DNA of 64,000 nucleotides from an uncultured virus (IMG/VR IMGVR_UViG_3300032156_000006) (IMGVR_UViG_3300032156_000006), one strand, 5' to 3'. Positions 20,040-30,889 are shown, numbered from the stretch's first letter. A program made the numbers and translations. The notes: generated by a model from the letters alone, not told the origin.

Positions 20040-20983
20040 AAACACTAACATCAATGGATTTGGAAGAAATCAAGAAACAACTTGATGGACTTGCAACCGC
20101 TCGTGAATGTTCAGTCTGCTACGTCGAAAGAGTAGATGGGCAAACTAGGCCAACGGAAGCGGCCAATTATAAAGCAGTCATCAACAACAAAACCAACGAA
20201 GTTGAAACCATCGCGAGCAAAGGTTATGTCATCATCCAGCACAAGGAAGCGTTTAACGCGGTGCTAGACGCAATGGCAGCATCAAGCAAAGGAGCAAAGT
20301 TCAAGGCATCGGTGCTTGAGCAAAACGGTCGCGCGTGGATGACCGTCGTCTTTTCAGACATCAAGGCAGATGACGGACTTAATGGCATTGAGCTTGGCAT
20401 CAGGGTAACAAACAGCTATGACAAGACAAGCGCCCTGAAATATTCAGGCACCACAAGAGAAAACAAGGAAGGCCACTTTGAGTTCTTCGGCTACCGGCTA
20501 GCGTGCATGAATGGCATGACGGTCAAGGTGTCGCTCGGAGATATCAGCAAACTAAACCTCACAGACAAGCTCAGAGATGTGGGAGATGTTGTCCTGAAGA
20601 AAGAGTTTGTTGTTGATAAAGTTGAAGAGCAGACAGTCAAAACTTACATCAGGCACTTTGGCAAGAACACAAAAACCAATCTCGAGCGAGTAAGGGAGAT
20701 GATGCTCGCGCTCCCGGTAGTTGCCAAGCGACTTGAAGAACAAATTGAAACTGTCAAGCACATCAGCTTTACAGCAGAAGAAGCAGAAGCCAAGCTCAAG
20801 GAAATCGGCTTCGGAGAGCGCACAATTGAGAAAATCATGGAGCGCTTCAAAGCAGATGAGATGACGGCTTGGGGACTATACAATGCAACCACAGCCTATG
20901 CAACACATGAAGAGAAAGTCAGCCCGCTCTCAATGGAGAGAATACTCAAGCGCGCAGAAGCAATAATGGAAGTGAGGCGGTGA
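20036..20983 (+). CDS. DUF932/DUF945-like protein
   Basis: Y.IIQH.EAF, NSYD.TSAL, YRLACMNGM, TAWGLYNA.T.YATH motifs. Confidence 0.75.
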   Translation: MKTLTSMDLEEIKKQLDGLATARECSVCYVERVDGQTRPTEAANYKAVINNKTNEVETIASKGYVIIQHKEAFNAVLDAMAASSKGAKFKASVLEQNGRAWMTVVFSDIKADDGLNGIELGIRVTNSYDKTSALKYSGTTRENKEGHFEFFGYRLACMNGMTVKVSLGDISKLNLTDKLRDVGDVVLKKEFVVDKVEEQTVKTYIRHFGKNTKTNLERVREMMLALPVVAKRLEEQIETVKHISFTAEEAEAKLKEIGFGERTIEKIMERFKADEMTAWGLYNATTAYATHEEKVSPLSMERILKRAEAIMEVRR

Positions 20984-22202
20984 AAATGGTAAAATATTTA
21001 TGCCTGAAATGCAGGAGCAAACACTCGGATAAAAATAAACTCTTTATCCCTCATCTGCAATTCAAACACACGAACGGGTATATCTTGGGTTTATGATTTT
21101 TTTAGTGAAGGAGAGGAAAAAAGAAAAATGAGGAGGGGATGAAAATGGAATATAGAAAAATATTCGAGAAAATTCGCGAAGGAAAAGCGAACATGCAAGA
21201 TATAATAGCTGAAGCACGAAAAAGAAGAGAAAATAACAGCGACTACAATATACACGACGACGCTGAATATCAATCTGTTGTGAATGACGCTAGAGCAATC
21301 ATCGCTGAAAAGAAAGCCATCAAGGCAAAAATATTCAATGAAGACAGAAAGTATTTTCTGTCGCAAGAATACCAAGCCGCCGCGAAGATTATCACAAATA
21401 TCGAGCGAAACTTGATTTAAGATGATAAAAATGACAAGCGAATGCAAAACTTTTGAGGACTGTGAAACTAATTTTTTTCCACACCTCCCCCCTAAATTTT
21501 TTTAAAGGAGGGAGGGGAAAAAGAAATAAAATGAAAGGGTGAAAAAAAGAAAAATATGGAGGGGATGAAAATGGAAGAAGAAACAAAACAAAAAATATCA
21601 GAGGAGGTATTGGAAGAACAAGAGAAAATAAAATAAAGTGGTGGTAAATATGGAGCAATCCAAAATCCAAAAAGAAAAATCAACCATCCTTCAAGAGATG
21701 ATCGCAATAGTCATCAACAACATCAAGTGGCGCAACCCGCGCGCCGCGCGCGCGGAGTATGATATCCGCGACGACTTGGATGCGGACCCTAGCGCCATCC
21801 AAGAAGAGATGGAAGAACAGATTAAGGAATACGTAAAATTATTGAAAGGTGATTAAATGTCTACATTCATTTACGCGCACAAAGATAGCAGTGCAACCTT
21901 CACAATTTCAGCAGACGATGAAGCTCATGCACATGATGAAATGTCTGAATTGGTTTGCAACATTAGAGATTGGAGATTAGATTCAATAGAAGGAGATGAT
22001 TAGATGCCCAAGAAACAAACAGAAAAAATGGTTGCAAAAATCAGGTGCACACTCATATACGAACTCAATTTAGATGAGGAACTAAACCAAGAAGGTGCAG
22101 ACCTGATAGAGATTGACGATGTTCTTAGAGATGGAGAACTAGAAGAACAATGGTTTGAATATTATGATAAGAAAGAAAAGAAAATAAATCCGAGGTGAAA
22201 TC

Positions 22203-22646
22203 ATGCATCAATTATATTTTGTATATTTAGAAAAAGAAATGAAAATAAAAACAAGCCAAGAAGCACGCAACGCAGCAATAGAAAACCTCAACGAAAACAA
22301 TTTTGCTGATTGTGATAGTGGTTATTTCGGCTCAAGCAAAGCTGATTGGTTTGTAATCGGAGGAAGATGGAGTGGTATTCTCACAGAAGCATTAGGAGAA
22401 AAACCATCCCCTGACAGAAGTATGCGATATGCCAAGAAGGATCAATGCAAATCGAATGGCTACAAAGACGACGCCATAAAACTCGACAAGAAACTTCTCG
22501 AGGCAATCCAAAACAAGAAAAACAAGTATAAGTATATCAGAACCTGTGAGGTCTTCCTCTCACAAAAAGTTGAAGAAACAAAAATCGCCAACCTCACCGA
22601 GAAAGACTTGGGAAGCTGGCTCGTAGTAGTAGATTATCATTTCTAA
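22203..22646 (+). CDS. conserved phage hypothetical protein
   Basis: DWFVIGGRWSG and C-terminal LVVVDYH motifs. Confidence 0.6.
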   Translation: MHQLYFVYLEKEMKIKTSQEARNAAIENLNENNFADCDSGYFGSSKADWFVIGGRWSGILTEALGEKPSPDRSMRYAKKDQCKSNGYKDDAIKLDKKLLEAIQNKKNKYKYIRTCEVFLSQKVEETKIANLTEKDLGSWLVVVDYHF

Positions 22647-22655
22647 GGTGAGCCT

Positions 22656-22828
22656 ATAATAAAATTTGGAAACCGAAGAGGAGATATCGACAGCCATCGA
22701 TACCTAAAAGTCATGCTGCCAACTGTAGAATCAAAAGGGAAATCGTGCGAAGGCATCTTCATCAAAGTGGTTGCCCTTCATAAAAACAAGAAAAACGCAA
22801 TCGGCATTCTAGACAATATACCATTTAC
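22656..22828 (+). pseudogene. small gene (ATA start) interrupted by IS element 3
   Basis: AGGTGA SD then IIKFGNRR...CEGIFIKV...GILDNIPFT running into the IS left end. Confidence 0.45.
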
Positions 22829-22941
22829 AACACAACCATCGCAGAAAGCCCACGACATTTATTCGTGGGATGAATGCGATGTTCTTATATAGAAGCATAG
22901 GTATATAAATTAGAAGGTATATATAGTATCTAAGGATTGAT

Positions 22942-23334
22942 ATGGACTACAAACACAACAATACGTCGGTGGTGATGATAAACTATCATCTCGTATTTTG
23001 CCCAAAATATAGGCGGAAACTTTTGGTTGACGAAGTTAAAAATCGTCTTTCTGATATTCTTGACGAGGTAGCAAAAGAAAACCATTGGCAGATAATAGCA
23101 AAGGAGATTATGCCCAACCATGTTCATATTTTTGTTTATGCCGACGTTAGGACAAGACCAGAGATAGTCGTCAAGCGGTTCAAAGGAAGGACGTCAAGAT
23201 ATCTCAGAAAGGAATTTCCAGCTCTTCTGAAAATGCCGACACTGTGGACACGCTCATATTTCCTTTCGACGGCTGGCAATGTTTCTTCAGAGACAATCAA
23301 AAAATACATAGAACGGCAATGGGATAAAATATGA
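22942..23334 (+). CDS. tnpA: IS200-family Y1 HUH transposase
   Basis: YHLVFCPKYRR, HUH motif NHVHIF, LWTRSYF, catalytic YIERQ. Confidence 0.95.
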   Translation: MDYKHNNTSVVMINYHLVFCPKYRRKLLVDEVKNRLSDILDEVAKENHWQIIAKEIMPNHVHIFVYADVRTRPEIVVKRFKGRTSRYLRKEFPALLKMPTLWTRSYFLSTAGNVSSETIKKYIERQWDKI

Positions 23335-24344
23335 TATTGACCTACAAGCTCAAACATGGCAAGGACTTCTCCAAGGAACTCAGCCTTGCCAAGAAAGTTG
23401 CCGAATTTGCCATTGTCAACAGGTCGCAGACGAGCAAGGATGTGAAACACATCGGCTTGAAGTCAATGATAGCCAATCAGATTCTTCGGAAATACTCCCG
23501 TAGCAAGATGGTCAAGGAAGCAAGGTCGGTCAATCTTGGGATTCCATCTCAGGGAATAAAAGTCATCAGAAAAGAAATCCACGTTCCCTGTTTGAACTTG
23601 AAGATGCCCATTCGATTTGGTCAGAGGTTTGATGAGATAAACCAGATTGAGATTGGTAAGGAATACGCCTTTGTTTCAGTGACGGTGAAAGAGCCTGAAA
23701 AGTATTCTCCAACCTCAATAATAGGGGTGGATAGAAACACAAGCAAGCACGTTCTTGTCGCAGCCAACATCAACACTGGCAAAGTGCTGAAACTTGGAAA
23801 AGAGTGCCAGCACGTCCATCTCAAATACAAGCACCTGAGGAAACAGTTGCAGAAGAAGGGTAGGTTCTCCCTTCTGAAAAAAATAAAGCATAGGGAGAGC
23901 AACATTATACGCAATATCAACCACCAAATCAGCAAACGGTTGGTTGAGGAGGCAAAAAACAATAAGGCAGTTATCGTCTTGGAAAATCTGAAGGATATTC
24001 GAAAAACGGCAAGAACAAGACGAAAGCAAAGATACTCCTTAAACTCTTGGAGTTTCTATCAGTTAGGAGACATGATAGAATACAAATCCAAAAAGTATGG
24101 AGTGCCTATTGCCTATATCGCACCACAATATACGTCGCAGAGATGTAGTCGTTGCGGTCATATAGAAGCAAAAAACAGAAAATTAAAACAGTTCCACTGC
24201 GCCAAGTGCGGAGTGGTTGAGAATGCCGATGCAAACGCAGGTTTCAACATAGCGAGTTTGTATCGTCAAGGCATTTCTCGATTCAACAAAGAAAGTGATT
24301 TGTTGAAGGGCAGCACTGATACGCCCAAAGGTGCAATTCTATGA
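23331..24344 (+). CDS. tnpB: TnpB nuclease (compact, 337 aa)
   Basis: IGVDRN, IVLENL, TSQRCSRCG/CAKCG, NADANAG. Confidence 0.92.
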   Translation: MILTYKLKHGKDFSKELSLAKKVAEFAIVNRSQTSKDVKHIGLKSMIANQILRKYSRSKMVKEARSVNLGIPSQGIKVIRKEIHVPCLNLKMPIRFGQRFDEINQIEIGKEYAFVSVTVKEPEKYSPTSIIGVDRNTSKHVLVAANINTGKVLKLGKECQHVHLKYKHLRKQLQKKGRFSLLKKIKHRESNIIRNINHQISKRLVEEAKNNKAVIVLENLKDIRKTARTRRKQRYSLNSWSFYQLGDMIEYKSKKYGVPIAYIAPQYTSQRCSRCGHIEAKNRKLKQFHCAKCGVVENADANAGFNIASLYRQGISRFNKESDLLKGSTDTPKGAIL

Positions 24345-24438
24345 AACCAGAAACACCAGAACCCAACGACATTCAGTCGTTGGAGTATGTCAGGCATTCG
24401 TGTTCGGAGAATATTGCAGAAAAGAATAAGGTGATTAA

Positions 24439-25161
24439 ATGGGTGAAAGATTTCAATTCTATGTAATAAGTAAAGACAACCACATAACCGCAATCCATGA
24501 CCAGTGGGTGTGGGGTGTTGCGGCACTAAAATACACCAACCATTTGGTGAATATACTAAAACACACAGATTTTGAAAATAGCATGTGTGAAGAAATGGAT
24601 GAATACATCGCATCAATCCTGCGGGTAAGATGGCACACAGAATCCAACGAGCATTTCTACCATCGCGTCCACATTGAAGACATGAACTATTCTCCAAACA
24701 GGGCGGACACAAATTATGGGTGTGTAATAATCGACGCAAGAAATACTAAAAAAGTCAAGATAGGCTTCTATGACGAAAAAGGAAAATACATGAAATACAT
24801 TGATTGGGTTCAACACTGCCACAAAAACGAAACAGACTACAACAAAGCAGAAATCTTGAAAATGATAAAAGAAACGCTTCCTTCAGATGAAGACTACGAC
24901 AAGCTTGACCAAGACTTTTACGCATGGTTATGCGCAGAAATGGCGCGGCGAGCGCAGAAACAGGAATTTGACAGCATGCGCATAAAATTGAGAGACAATG
25001 AAAAAATAGATGAAGGAAAGAAACTTCTCGCAAAATTTGAAGAGGCAACTGATTGGGCAGAAATACGAGCTTTGAGCAAGCTCTCGCTTGAGCAACCCCT
25101 AGATGACAAGCAATACGAGAGGTTCATGGAATTGGGAAAGAAATTGGGATTGCAAGAATAA
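24439..25161 (+). CDS. hypothetical protein
   Basis: 240-aa ORF with AGGTGA SD. Confidence 0.55.
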   Translation: MGERFQFYVISKDNHITAIHDQWVWGVAALKYTNHLVNILKHTDFENSMCEEMDEYIASILRVRWHTESNEHFYHRVHIEDMNYSPNRADTNYGCVIIDARNTKKVKIGFYDEKGKYMKYIDWVQHCHKNETDYNKAEILKMIKETLPSDEDYDKLDQDFYAWLCAEMARRAQKQEFDSMRIKLRDNEKIDEGKKLLAKFEEATDWAEIRALSKLSLEQPLDDKQYERFMELGKKLGLQE

Positions 25162-26306
25162 GAAAACAGGTGTTCTTATGACAAAAAGCTGGTATATGTG
25201 CCTCGTAAAGGCACCAAAAGAGCCGAAAGGCACGATCGCAAGCGCAGACAACAATTATTTACTGCCAAAAGTTATTATGTGCGCTTGTTTTGCAGAGGCA
25301 TCAGATAGTATTTATCCATTTAGCCCTGAAGGCAAAAAATTGGTTGCAAACTTAAAAAGAATGATATAATTGGTGATAAAATGATATTAAAAACAAAAAC
25401 GATCCGCTACATCCCATTCGAAGTGAAGGGTGGATTTGAGATACACAAAACCCAGCAGCCACAACGCCAGCTGGGGTTCGCAACATTTCGAACCATCAAA
25501 AGCGCATACCACGCAGGGTTGCGGTGGTATGGCGGAAAATTCATGCCAAAAGACCAAGTTGGGTGGGTAAATAGATATCCACGCTAAAAATCTATTGTGA
25601 TGGCTCAACATTAGAGCCTAAGTTTGAGGTGTGTTAAGATGGAAGTTGATATTAAAGAAAGAACAGAGGAACAATATCAATCATGCATAGATTGCCAGGA
25701 AAGTTGGCTCGTATATGACTGCACAAATGGCCTATGCCCAGCTTGCCAGCAAATTGAGGAAATTGTTGAAAGTATCTACGGTGAGAAGAAGCCATAGTAG
25801 TTGAAGGGTGTTAAAATGAACAAAAAACAAATGAAAGAACAAAAAGTTACAATTGATGATGAGCATACAGAGTGCACTGGCAAAACTGCCTACTATCAAG
25901 GACTAGCTGTTGTAAATCTGGATGGAATAGAATATGACGTTCCGTTTGAGTTCACATCCAATTGGCAGGAAGATGACGAGTATGGAGAAGAACATTTCAC
26001 CGGCATCATCAGGAAAAATGTATGCCTCTCGGATGGGAAAGACACTAAGATCGCTCCGAAAACACTCATCAAGCTTGAAAACCTCGTGGAAGAAGAATTC
26101 GAAAGCAGGTAGAGGTGTTGAAATGAAAAAAACCCAAGACAACTACAATAAAAAGAAAATAACAGTCGCTTGGAACAAAAAAGCGGACTTGCCAAACCAA
26201 AGATGCCCGAAATGCGGATCAAACACATACACAGAATTCGCCAACATCGAGCGCGCATACGACATCAGGTTTGAGAAAAGATATTGCGTTGATTATACCG
26301 GCGAAA

Positions 26307-27599
26307 GTAAACTACCCACGATTAAAATCGTGGGCATTCCGTAAAAGTTGATGTATCATGCACCGCAACAACACCAACATTTTCATAGGAACGCATGAGT
26401 CCGTTTACAGGGACTCTCCTATTGGAAATCTGAAAACAAGTCTGGTTAGGATTATGCTTTCGCTCCAACAGGGATTTGATGGCAATAGCCAGACTCGCTT
26501 TTCTATCAGAGTTGACCACTTGCCCACAGTCTTTGCATCTGAACAGGGAATAGTTGGTGGAATGTCCGCTCCCAACAGCACCGCAGTGGGAGCACCATTT
26601 GCTTGTGTGCCAACTATCAATTATGTTCAGAGGAATGTTATTGTCAAAGCAACGCTGCTCAAGGATGGATTTGAACTCTGCAAAAGGAATGCGCATGACG
26701 ATTCTATTGAAAAATTTTCCTTTTGGTTTGAATTTGGAAAGATTTTCAATGGAAATCTCTGCATCAAAACGTCGTGCAAGTTTGATGACCTCCTTAACTA
26801 TCTTCCCAAGATTGGTCTTTACAAAATTACGTTCTGTGGTCTTGAGCTTGGCAAGTTTTCGTTTGGATTTGAAGGATTGCAGTGTTGCCCTGCGAACCAC
26901 GAGTTGCTTCCTTCTTGCCCAGATATGCTTTCCAAAATAGGTTTGGTAGAGAACCTTTCCAGTTGGAGAGAGGATGGAAATGGCGAAATGCTTGGCGTTG
27001 ATGTCAATTCCCAAAACATTCTTTCTTGGCTTAATTTCTTTTTCCTTGGAAAGATAAGCAACAACCTGACCGTCTGGCAACAGTCCATAAGTTTTGCAAA
27101 TCCAGCCGTCAGAAACCAAAGTGGAATATCGCTGGAAATTCCTGTTCTTTTTGATTGGAACTGCAATTCTTTGACGAGGGATAATTCCAAGTTCGACAAA
27201 GAAATTGGATTTTGTCGAGAAGGTCTTGCAGTTGCGGGGGACGTTGAACTTGACGCAGACGGATTTGACGGATTTGGTATTTTTACGCCAAGCATCTAGT
27301 ATGAGAGAGCAGACGACCTGAACATTGAAGGAGGTGTTTTTCTTGCAGGATGAAAGTGTCTTGTGGTGGAACTCCATAAATTTGGAGCAATCTTCACGAG
27401 AAGAAAGAAGTTGGTTATATGCAACAAGTGCGGCAGATGAAAATTTCTCCAGCTTCGCTGACTTGGAAGCTGTTGAAATGGTTTGTAGAACAATGGCACG
27501 TTGCATAATCCTAACCTATATTATAGACAGGGAAAAAAATATAAATACTCCGCAATTCCTCCCACGACTAAAGTCATGGGCTTCCTTGCGGATGAAAAG
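26307..27599 (-). mobile_element. IS200/IS605-family tnpB-only element 4
   Basis: Minus strand: TCAC, 19 nt, LE hairpin cccatgac/gtcgtggg; RE hairpin cccacgat/atcgtggg then tagtTTAC; excision restores the host ORF. Confidence 0.88.
26322..27506 (-). CDS. tnpB: TnpB nuclease, paralog of 13517-14740
   Basis: LGIDIN, ISIENL, TSKWCSHCG, NSDRKAS. Confidence 0.9.
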   Translation of the reverse strand: MQRAIVLQTISTASKSAKLEKFSSAALVAYNQLLSSREDCSKFMEFHHKTLSSCKKNTSFNVQVVCSLILDAWRKNTKSVKSVCVKFNVPRNCKTFSTKSNFFVELGIIPRQRIAVPIKKNRNFQRYSTLVSDGWICKTYGLLPDGQVVAYLSKEKEIKPRKNVLGIDINAKHFAISILSPTGKVLYQTYFGKHIWARRKQLVVRRATLQSFKSKRKLAKLKTTERNFVKTNLGKIVKEVIKLARRFDAEISIENLSKFKPKGKFFNRIVMRIPFAEFKSILEQRCFDNNIPLNIIDSWHTSKWCSHCGAVGSGHSTNYSLFRCKDCGQVVNSDRKASLAIAIKSLLERKHNPNQTCFQISNRRVPVNGLMRSYENVGVVAVHDTSTFTECPRF

Positions 27600-28436
27600 G
27601 TGAAGATCATGCGGACTTACCTGAGCGCATCGAAATCAGGTGTGTAGCGTGCAGCCAGAAAGTAGGTCCAAAACGATAATCTTATAAGCATTATAATGCC
27701 TATATTAAGGAGGCAACCTATGGTAAAATTCTACAAAATCACAGGCCCGCGCGACGCGAGCCTGTTCAACAACCCAAGGATGCAAAACCCGCTCAGGTGG
27801 TGGCAGCAATATCACGAAAGCTTTAAGTCAATAATCGCAAAGGAAACCGACGACCCATCAGACGCGGAATTCGTCACGATTGAAGTAGTCGTGGTGTTCG
27901 GCGCACTCACGACCGCGTTCAGCAAAGTCATGAAGATGTCACTGCCACGCGCATTCTTGGAAGAATGCCCCGGGCCGGACGCCGAGCCGAGGGTGCTGAA
28001 TTTCGAGGGTGATGTGAATGACAAAAAATTCTAAAGGATCTAAAGTAACAAAAACCGACAGAAGAATCAACGAGGTATTCAATGACAAAACACGGGAAGC
28101 ACTCGTAAAACTGCAAAATGAAGAGAACATCATTGTCCTCCAACTCAAGGCAAGATACGAAATTGATTACGTGGCGCTGCCAGACAAAAAATCCGTTCAC
28201 ACGCTGGTGTTCTCAACAATAACAAGACCAGGGACACCACAAGAAAATGAAACGACAAGAGCGGCGGGATAGGAGGTGATGGAAATGACACGTGAAGCGA
28301 AGGTCGAAGTAATCGACAATGGTTATATTGTACGACTCTTTCCGCTCTCTCTCAGAGAAACAGTATTCTACTGCAAAGATCTGGAAGAAGTCAAAGAAAA
28401 ACTCAAATGTATATTTGAGTAAAAGAGTGCGAAATC

Positions 28437-28613
28437 ATGCCCCACCACCCAAACAAAACCAGCTTTAAGCCCGGCTCGGAAGCAGGAAAGGAGTATCGGT
28501 TCAAGAAAGGCCAGCCAAGCTGGAATAAAGGCATCATCTGCCATCTTTCCCCCAAAACAGAGTTCAAGAAAGGTGAGCGCACAGGCAGCAAGCACCCGCA
28601 CTGGAAGGGAGGG
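28437..28613 (+). pseudogene. truncated NUMOD3-like N-terminus of a homing endonuclease
   Basis: FKKGQPSWNKG...FKKGE...HPHWKGG, after which the frame runs into antisense foreign DNA with no HNH domain. Confidence 0.55.
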
Positions 28614-28616
28614 AGT

Positions 28617-28649
28617 GGCCTCCTGCTCTATCCGTTGAGCTACGACCGC
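28617..28649 (-). pseudogene. 5' half of a tRNA (Arg-like D arm)
   Basis: GCGGTCG-TA-GCTC-AACGGATA-GAGC-A-GGAGG-CC; ends at the anticodon loop. Confidence 0.65.
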
Positions 28650-28665
28650 ATATGTTTCTCTTTCA

Positions 28666-29040
28666 TTATTGTTTTTTTGGTGAATATTCATACAACATAT
28701 ATTTGCCCACCTGCCTTTTTTGCAGAAGTCCAATTCCATGGAGCTTTTTCAAAATGAAAAATACAGATATCCTGTTCCATTTAAGGTTTTTAGCGAGGAC
28801 AGTGGCTGTCACCCCCTTTGAATTCTTAACAAATTCGAGTATCTGTTTCTGTTTTTTCGTAAGCGTTTGTTCACTTTTACCCGCGCTTTGCTGTGAGAGC
28901 ATATGGACAATATTTTCATCAATGATTTTAGCATCTGTATCAACTGCATATTCAAGTGCTTTCTTTAGGTACCTAATGAATTCAAGTGGATGCCCCTTGG
29001 TTGCAACTGCAATATACTCAACTGCGTTTTCAGTATAAAC
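28666..29040 (-). pseudogene. C-terminal fragment of an AAA+ ATPase (lid) plus winged helix
   Basis: Frame open upstream of the annotated ATG: YTENAVEYIAVATKGHPLEFIRYLKKALEYA...LTKKQKQILEF...LKKLHGIGLL; no P-loop and no upstream start. Confidence 0.55.
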
Positions 29041-29374
29041 TTAACAGTTATCTTAACATATTATGTTAATTCTCTGCCACAGATTTCTTACAGGCTCTTG
29101 GTGAAAAAATTCCCATCCATAGCCATCCTTAAGGCCTGCCGTCATAACCACCAAACGCCTACTTTAAGGAATCTTAAACTAAAGTGTTGGTAAAAGAGCC
29201 TAGGTACTGTCAAGTCCAAGTTTTACCAGGATTCCTGGTCAAACTCTTGTTTGCGCTTGCTACAACCATCAGGCTCGAGCTGGTCCAAGTCGCGCGCCCC
29301 CACAACCCGCTCACACATGGGCGCGCACATCAATATGATGTATAACTAGTGAGCTGCAGGACTTGTTATACAGC

Positions 29375-29417
29375 AAGAAAAGTTTAATAAAGAAAAGTTT
29401 AATAAAGAAAAGTTTAA
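29375..29417 (+). repeat. 15-bp tandem repeat, ~3 copies
   Basis: aagaaaagtttaata x2 plus aagaaaagtttaa. Confidence 0.85.
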
Positions 29418-29553
29418 ACATCTCTTCACTTATAACATTTAGTTTATATTATTAAAAAGTTTATAGTTTAAAGGACTTATAAGAACACTTCCTATCACAG
29501 GCTCTTTAGGGCGTTTTCACGTCGTTAATGACAACTTTTGTTTATAGAAAAAG

Positions 29554-29945
29554 TGAGATGCATAAAATCGTGTTTTCACGCCATAAGATTAAAATTTTGT
29601 GCATCTCAACGACTTTCTTTTTTGAGAGTTATAAACTGTCCTGCGCAAAACTTTTACGTCGGAGAAACGATGTTTTGCGCAGGAAAATGGATTTTGCGTA
29701 TCTCATTTAGTCTTTAAGACAGAGATAAACTGTTTATAACAGTTTTATATTGTATAATTGTTATAGAAAGATTATACAGTACTAACGACGGAGAAAGAAT
29801 ACGTAAAACCTCACTTCATGCGTAAAACGCCCAAAACTAGACGAAAGCGTTTTACGCATAAACTCATATACTCTACTTTTTTTCCTAATCTTGAGATGCA
29901 TAAAACCCATTTTAACGTCAGCTACTAAGGGTTTTATGCATCTCA
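29554..29945. repeat. mirror-symmetric array of ten TRCRYAAAA-core boxes; candidate replication origin or packaging site
   Basis: Four inverted pairs plus two single boxes flanking an AT-rich core, in non-coding DNA. Confidence 0.7.
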
Positions 29946-30329
29946 TTTTCCTCCTCTCTAACCTCTATCCTCTCTCGTTATCCTTTATAGTCCGTCGTCG
30001 TACAGGCGCCTTCAGGCGCCTGCAAGCGAGCAGTATGTAAGTTATGTAATATATCTAGTATCTCTAGAAGCCAATACAACAGAAATATATTGGCGGGTCC
30101 CCACCCCAATCGTTGCCCGCCAAATCATTGGTCCTGCGGCCATCCTTGGCTGCTACAGCCCGGCTGCAGGCACCTACAGAACGCTGCACTAGCTGTAGAT
30201 TCATTATAATATAATGATTAACAGCATCTGGATGGTTGGGTGTGTGGTTTATGCCTCGGAATTGTTTTTCCTTCAAATAACCTTATTCCTTGCTTGTACA
30301 GCGCGCTTAGAACGCATTCTGGCAGGTAC

Positions 30330-30839
30330 TCACCCAATTTCATCTTTCCTAAAAACCACCACCGCGCTCGGAAAGGTGGCTGGGTAATTGACCAACTCCC
30401 CTTTCGTGTTCCTGCCTTTAAACTTTAGCCTGCCTTTGATAAAACAGATTTCCCCTTTCATGCAATAATCCCACCACCACCGCGTATCCGTCCTTGCCGG
30501 AAGTAGGCAAACCACTAGTGCGCCAGCCTGTGCTTCTTCATATGCTTTCTTTACCCACTTTGAAATTAAAGTTCCGTAAGGCGGATTCATAAATACTCTT
30601 TCACCCGCCCAGCTCTGCTTCAGGCCATCCTCTTTTTCAGTAAAGAACTTTTTGCACTTTGCGTTCTCTGGTGTGCAACAAGGGTCAAGGGTGAAATCAA
30701 ATTCCTTGTTCAACTCGTCGAAAAATGCCTGTGGGGTTTCCCAATCATATTGCCCGGATTTTTGAAAAGTAATCTTACTGTGGCGCTCCTTCTTACCCCG
30801 AATGTAATTTTCATCAGGCTGCATCTTAATATAGTGCAT
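30330..30839 (-). CDS. phage-type DNA N6-adenine methyltransferase (Dam-like)
   Basis: WETPQ.FF..L..EF.F.LDPC, catalytic NPPY, LLPARTDTRWW. Confidence 0.9.
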   Translation of the reverse strand: MHYIKMQPDENYIRGKKERHSKITFQKSGQYDWETPQAFFDELNKEFDFTLDPCCTPENAKCKKFFTEKEDGLKQSWAGERVFMNPPYGTLISKWVKKAYEEAQAGALVVCLLPARTDTRWWWDYCMKGEICFIKGRLKFKGRNTKGELVNYPATFPSAVVVFRKDEIG

Positions 30840-30889
30840 CGATGCGTTTTTAAGCTTTTATATTTATAATTCCTTATGGGTGAGAAGAT

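Larger units (their letters stand above)
22829..24393 (+). mobile_element. IS605-type autonomous element 3 (tnpA+tnpB); ends uncertain by about 1 nt
   Basis: LE hairpin cccacga/tcgtggg after TTAC; RE hairpin ccaacgac/gtcgttgg followed by agtatgTCAG. Confidence 0.88.
26123..27679 (+). pseudogene. zinc-ribbon gene split by IS element 4
   Basis: Removing 26307-27599 gives in-frame ...RCPKCGS...DYTGESEDHADLPERIEIRCVACSQKVGPKR*. Confidence 0.78.

Noticed and set aside
21117..21578. Purine-rich direct repeat ending ggaggggatgaaaatggaa (two copies)
   Set aside because: Looks like a duplicated SD/start region in low-complexity DNA; no spacer structure.
29375..29945. Possible CRISPR array
   Set aside because: Repeats are short, either inverted or directly tandem, without unique equal-length spacers. 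The Cas4-like gene is a stand-alone nuclease far away.
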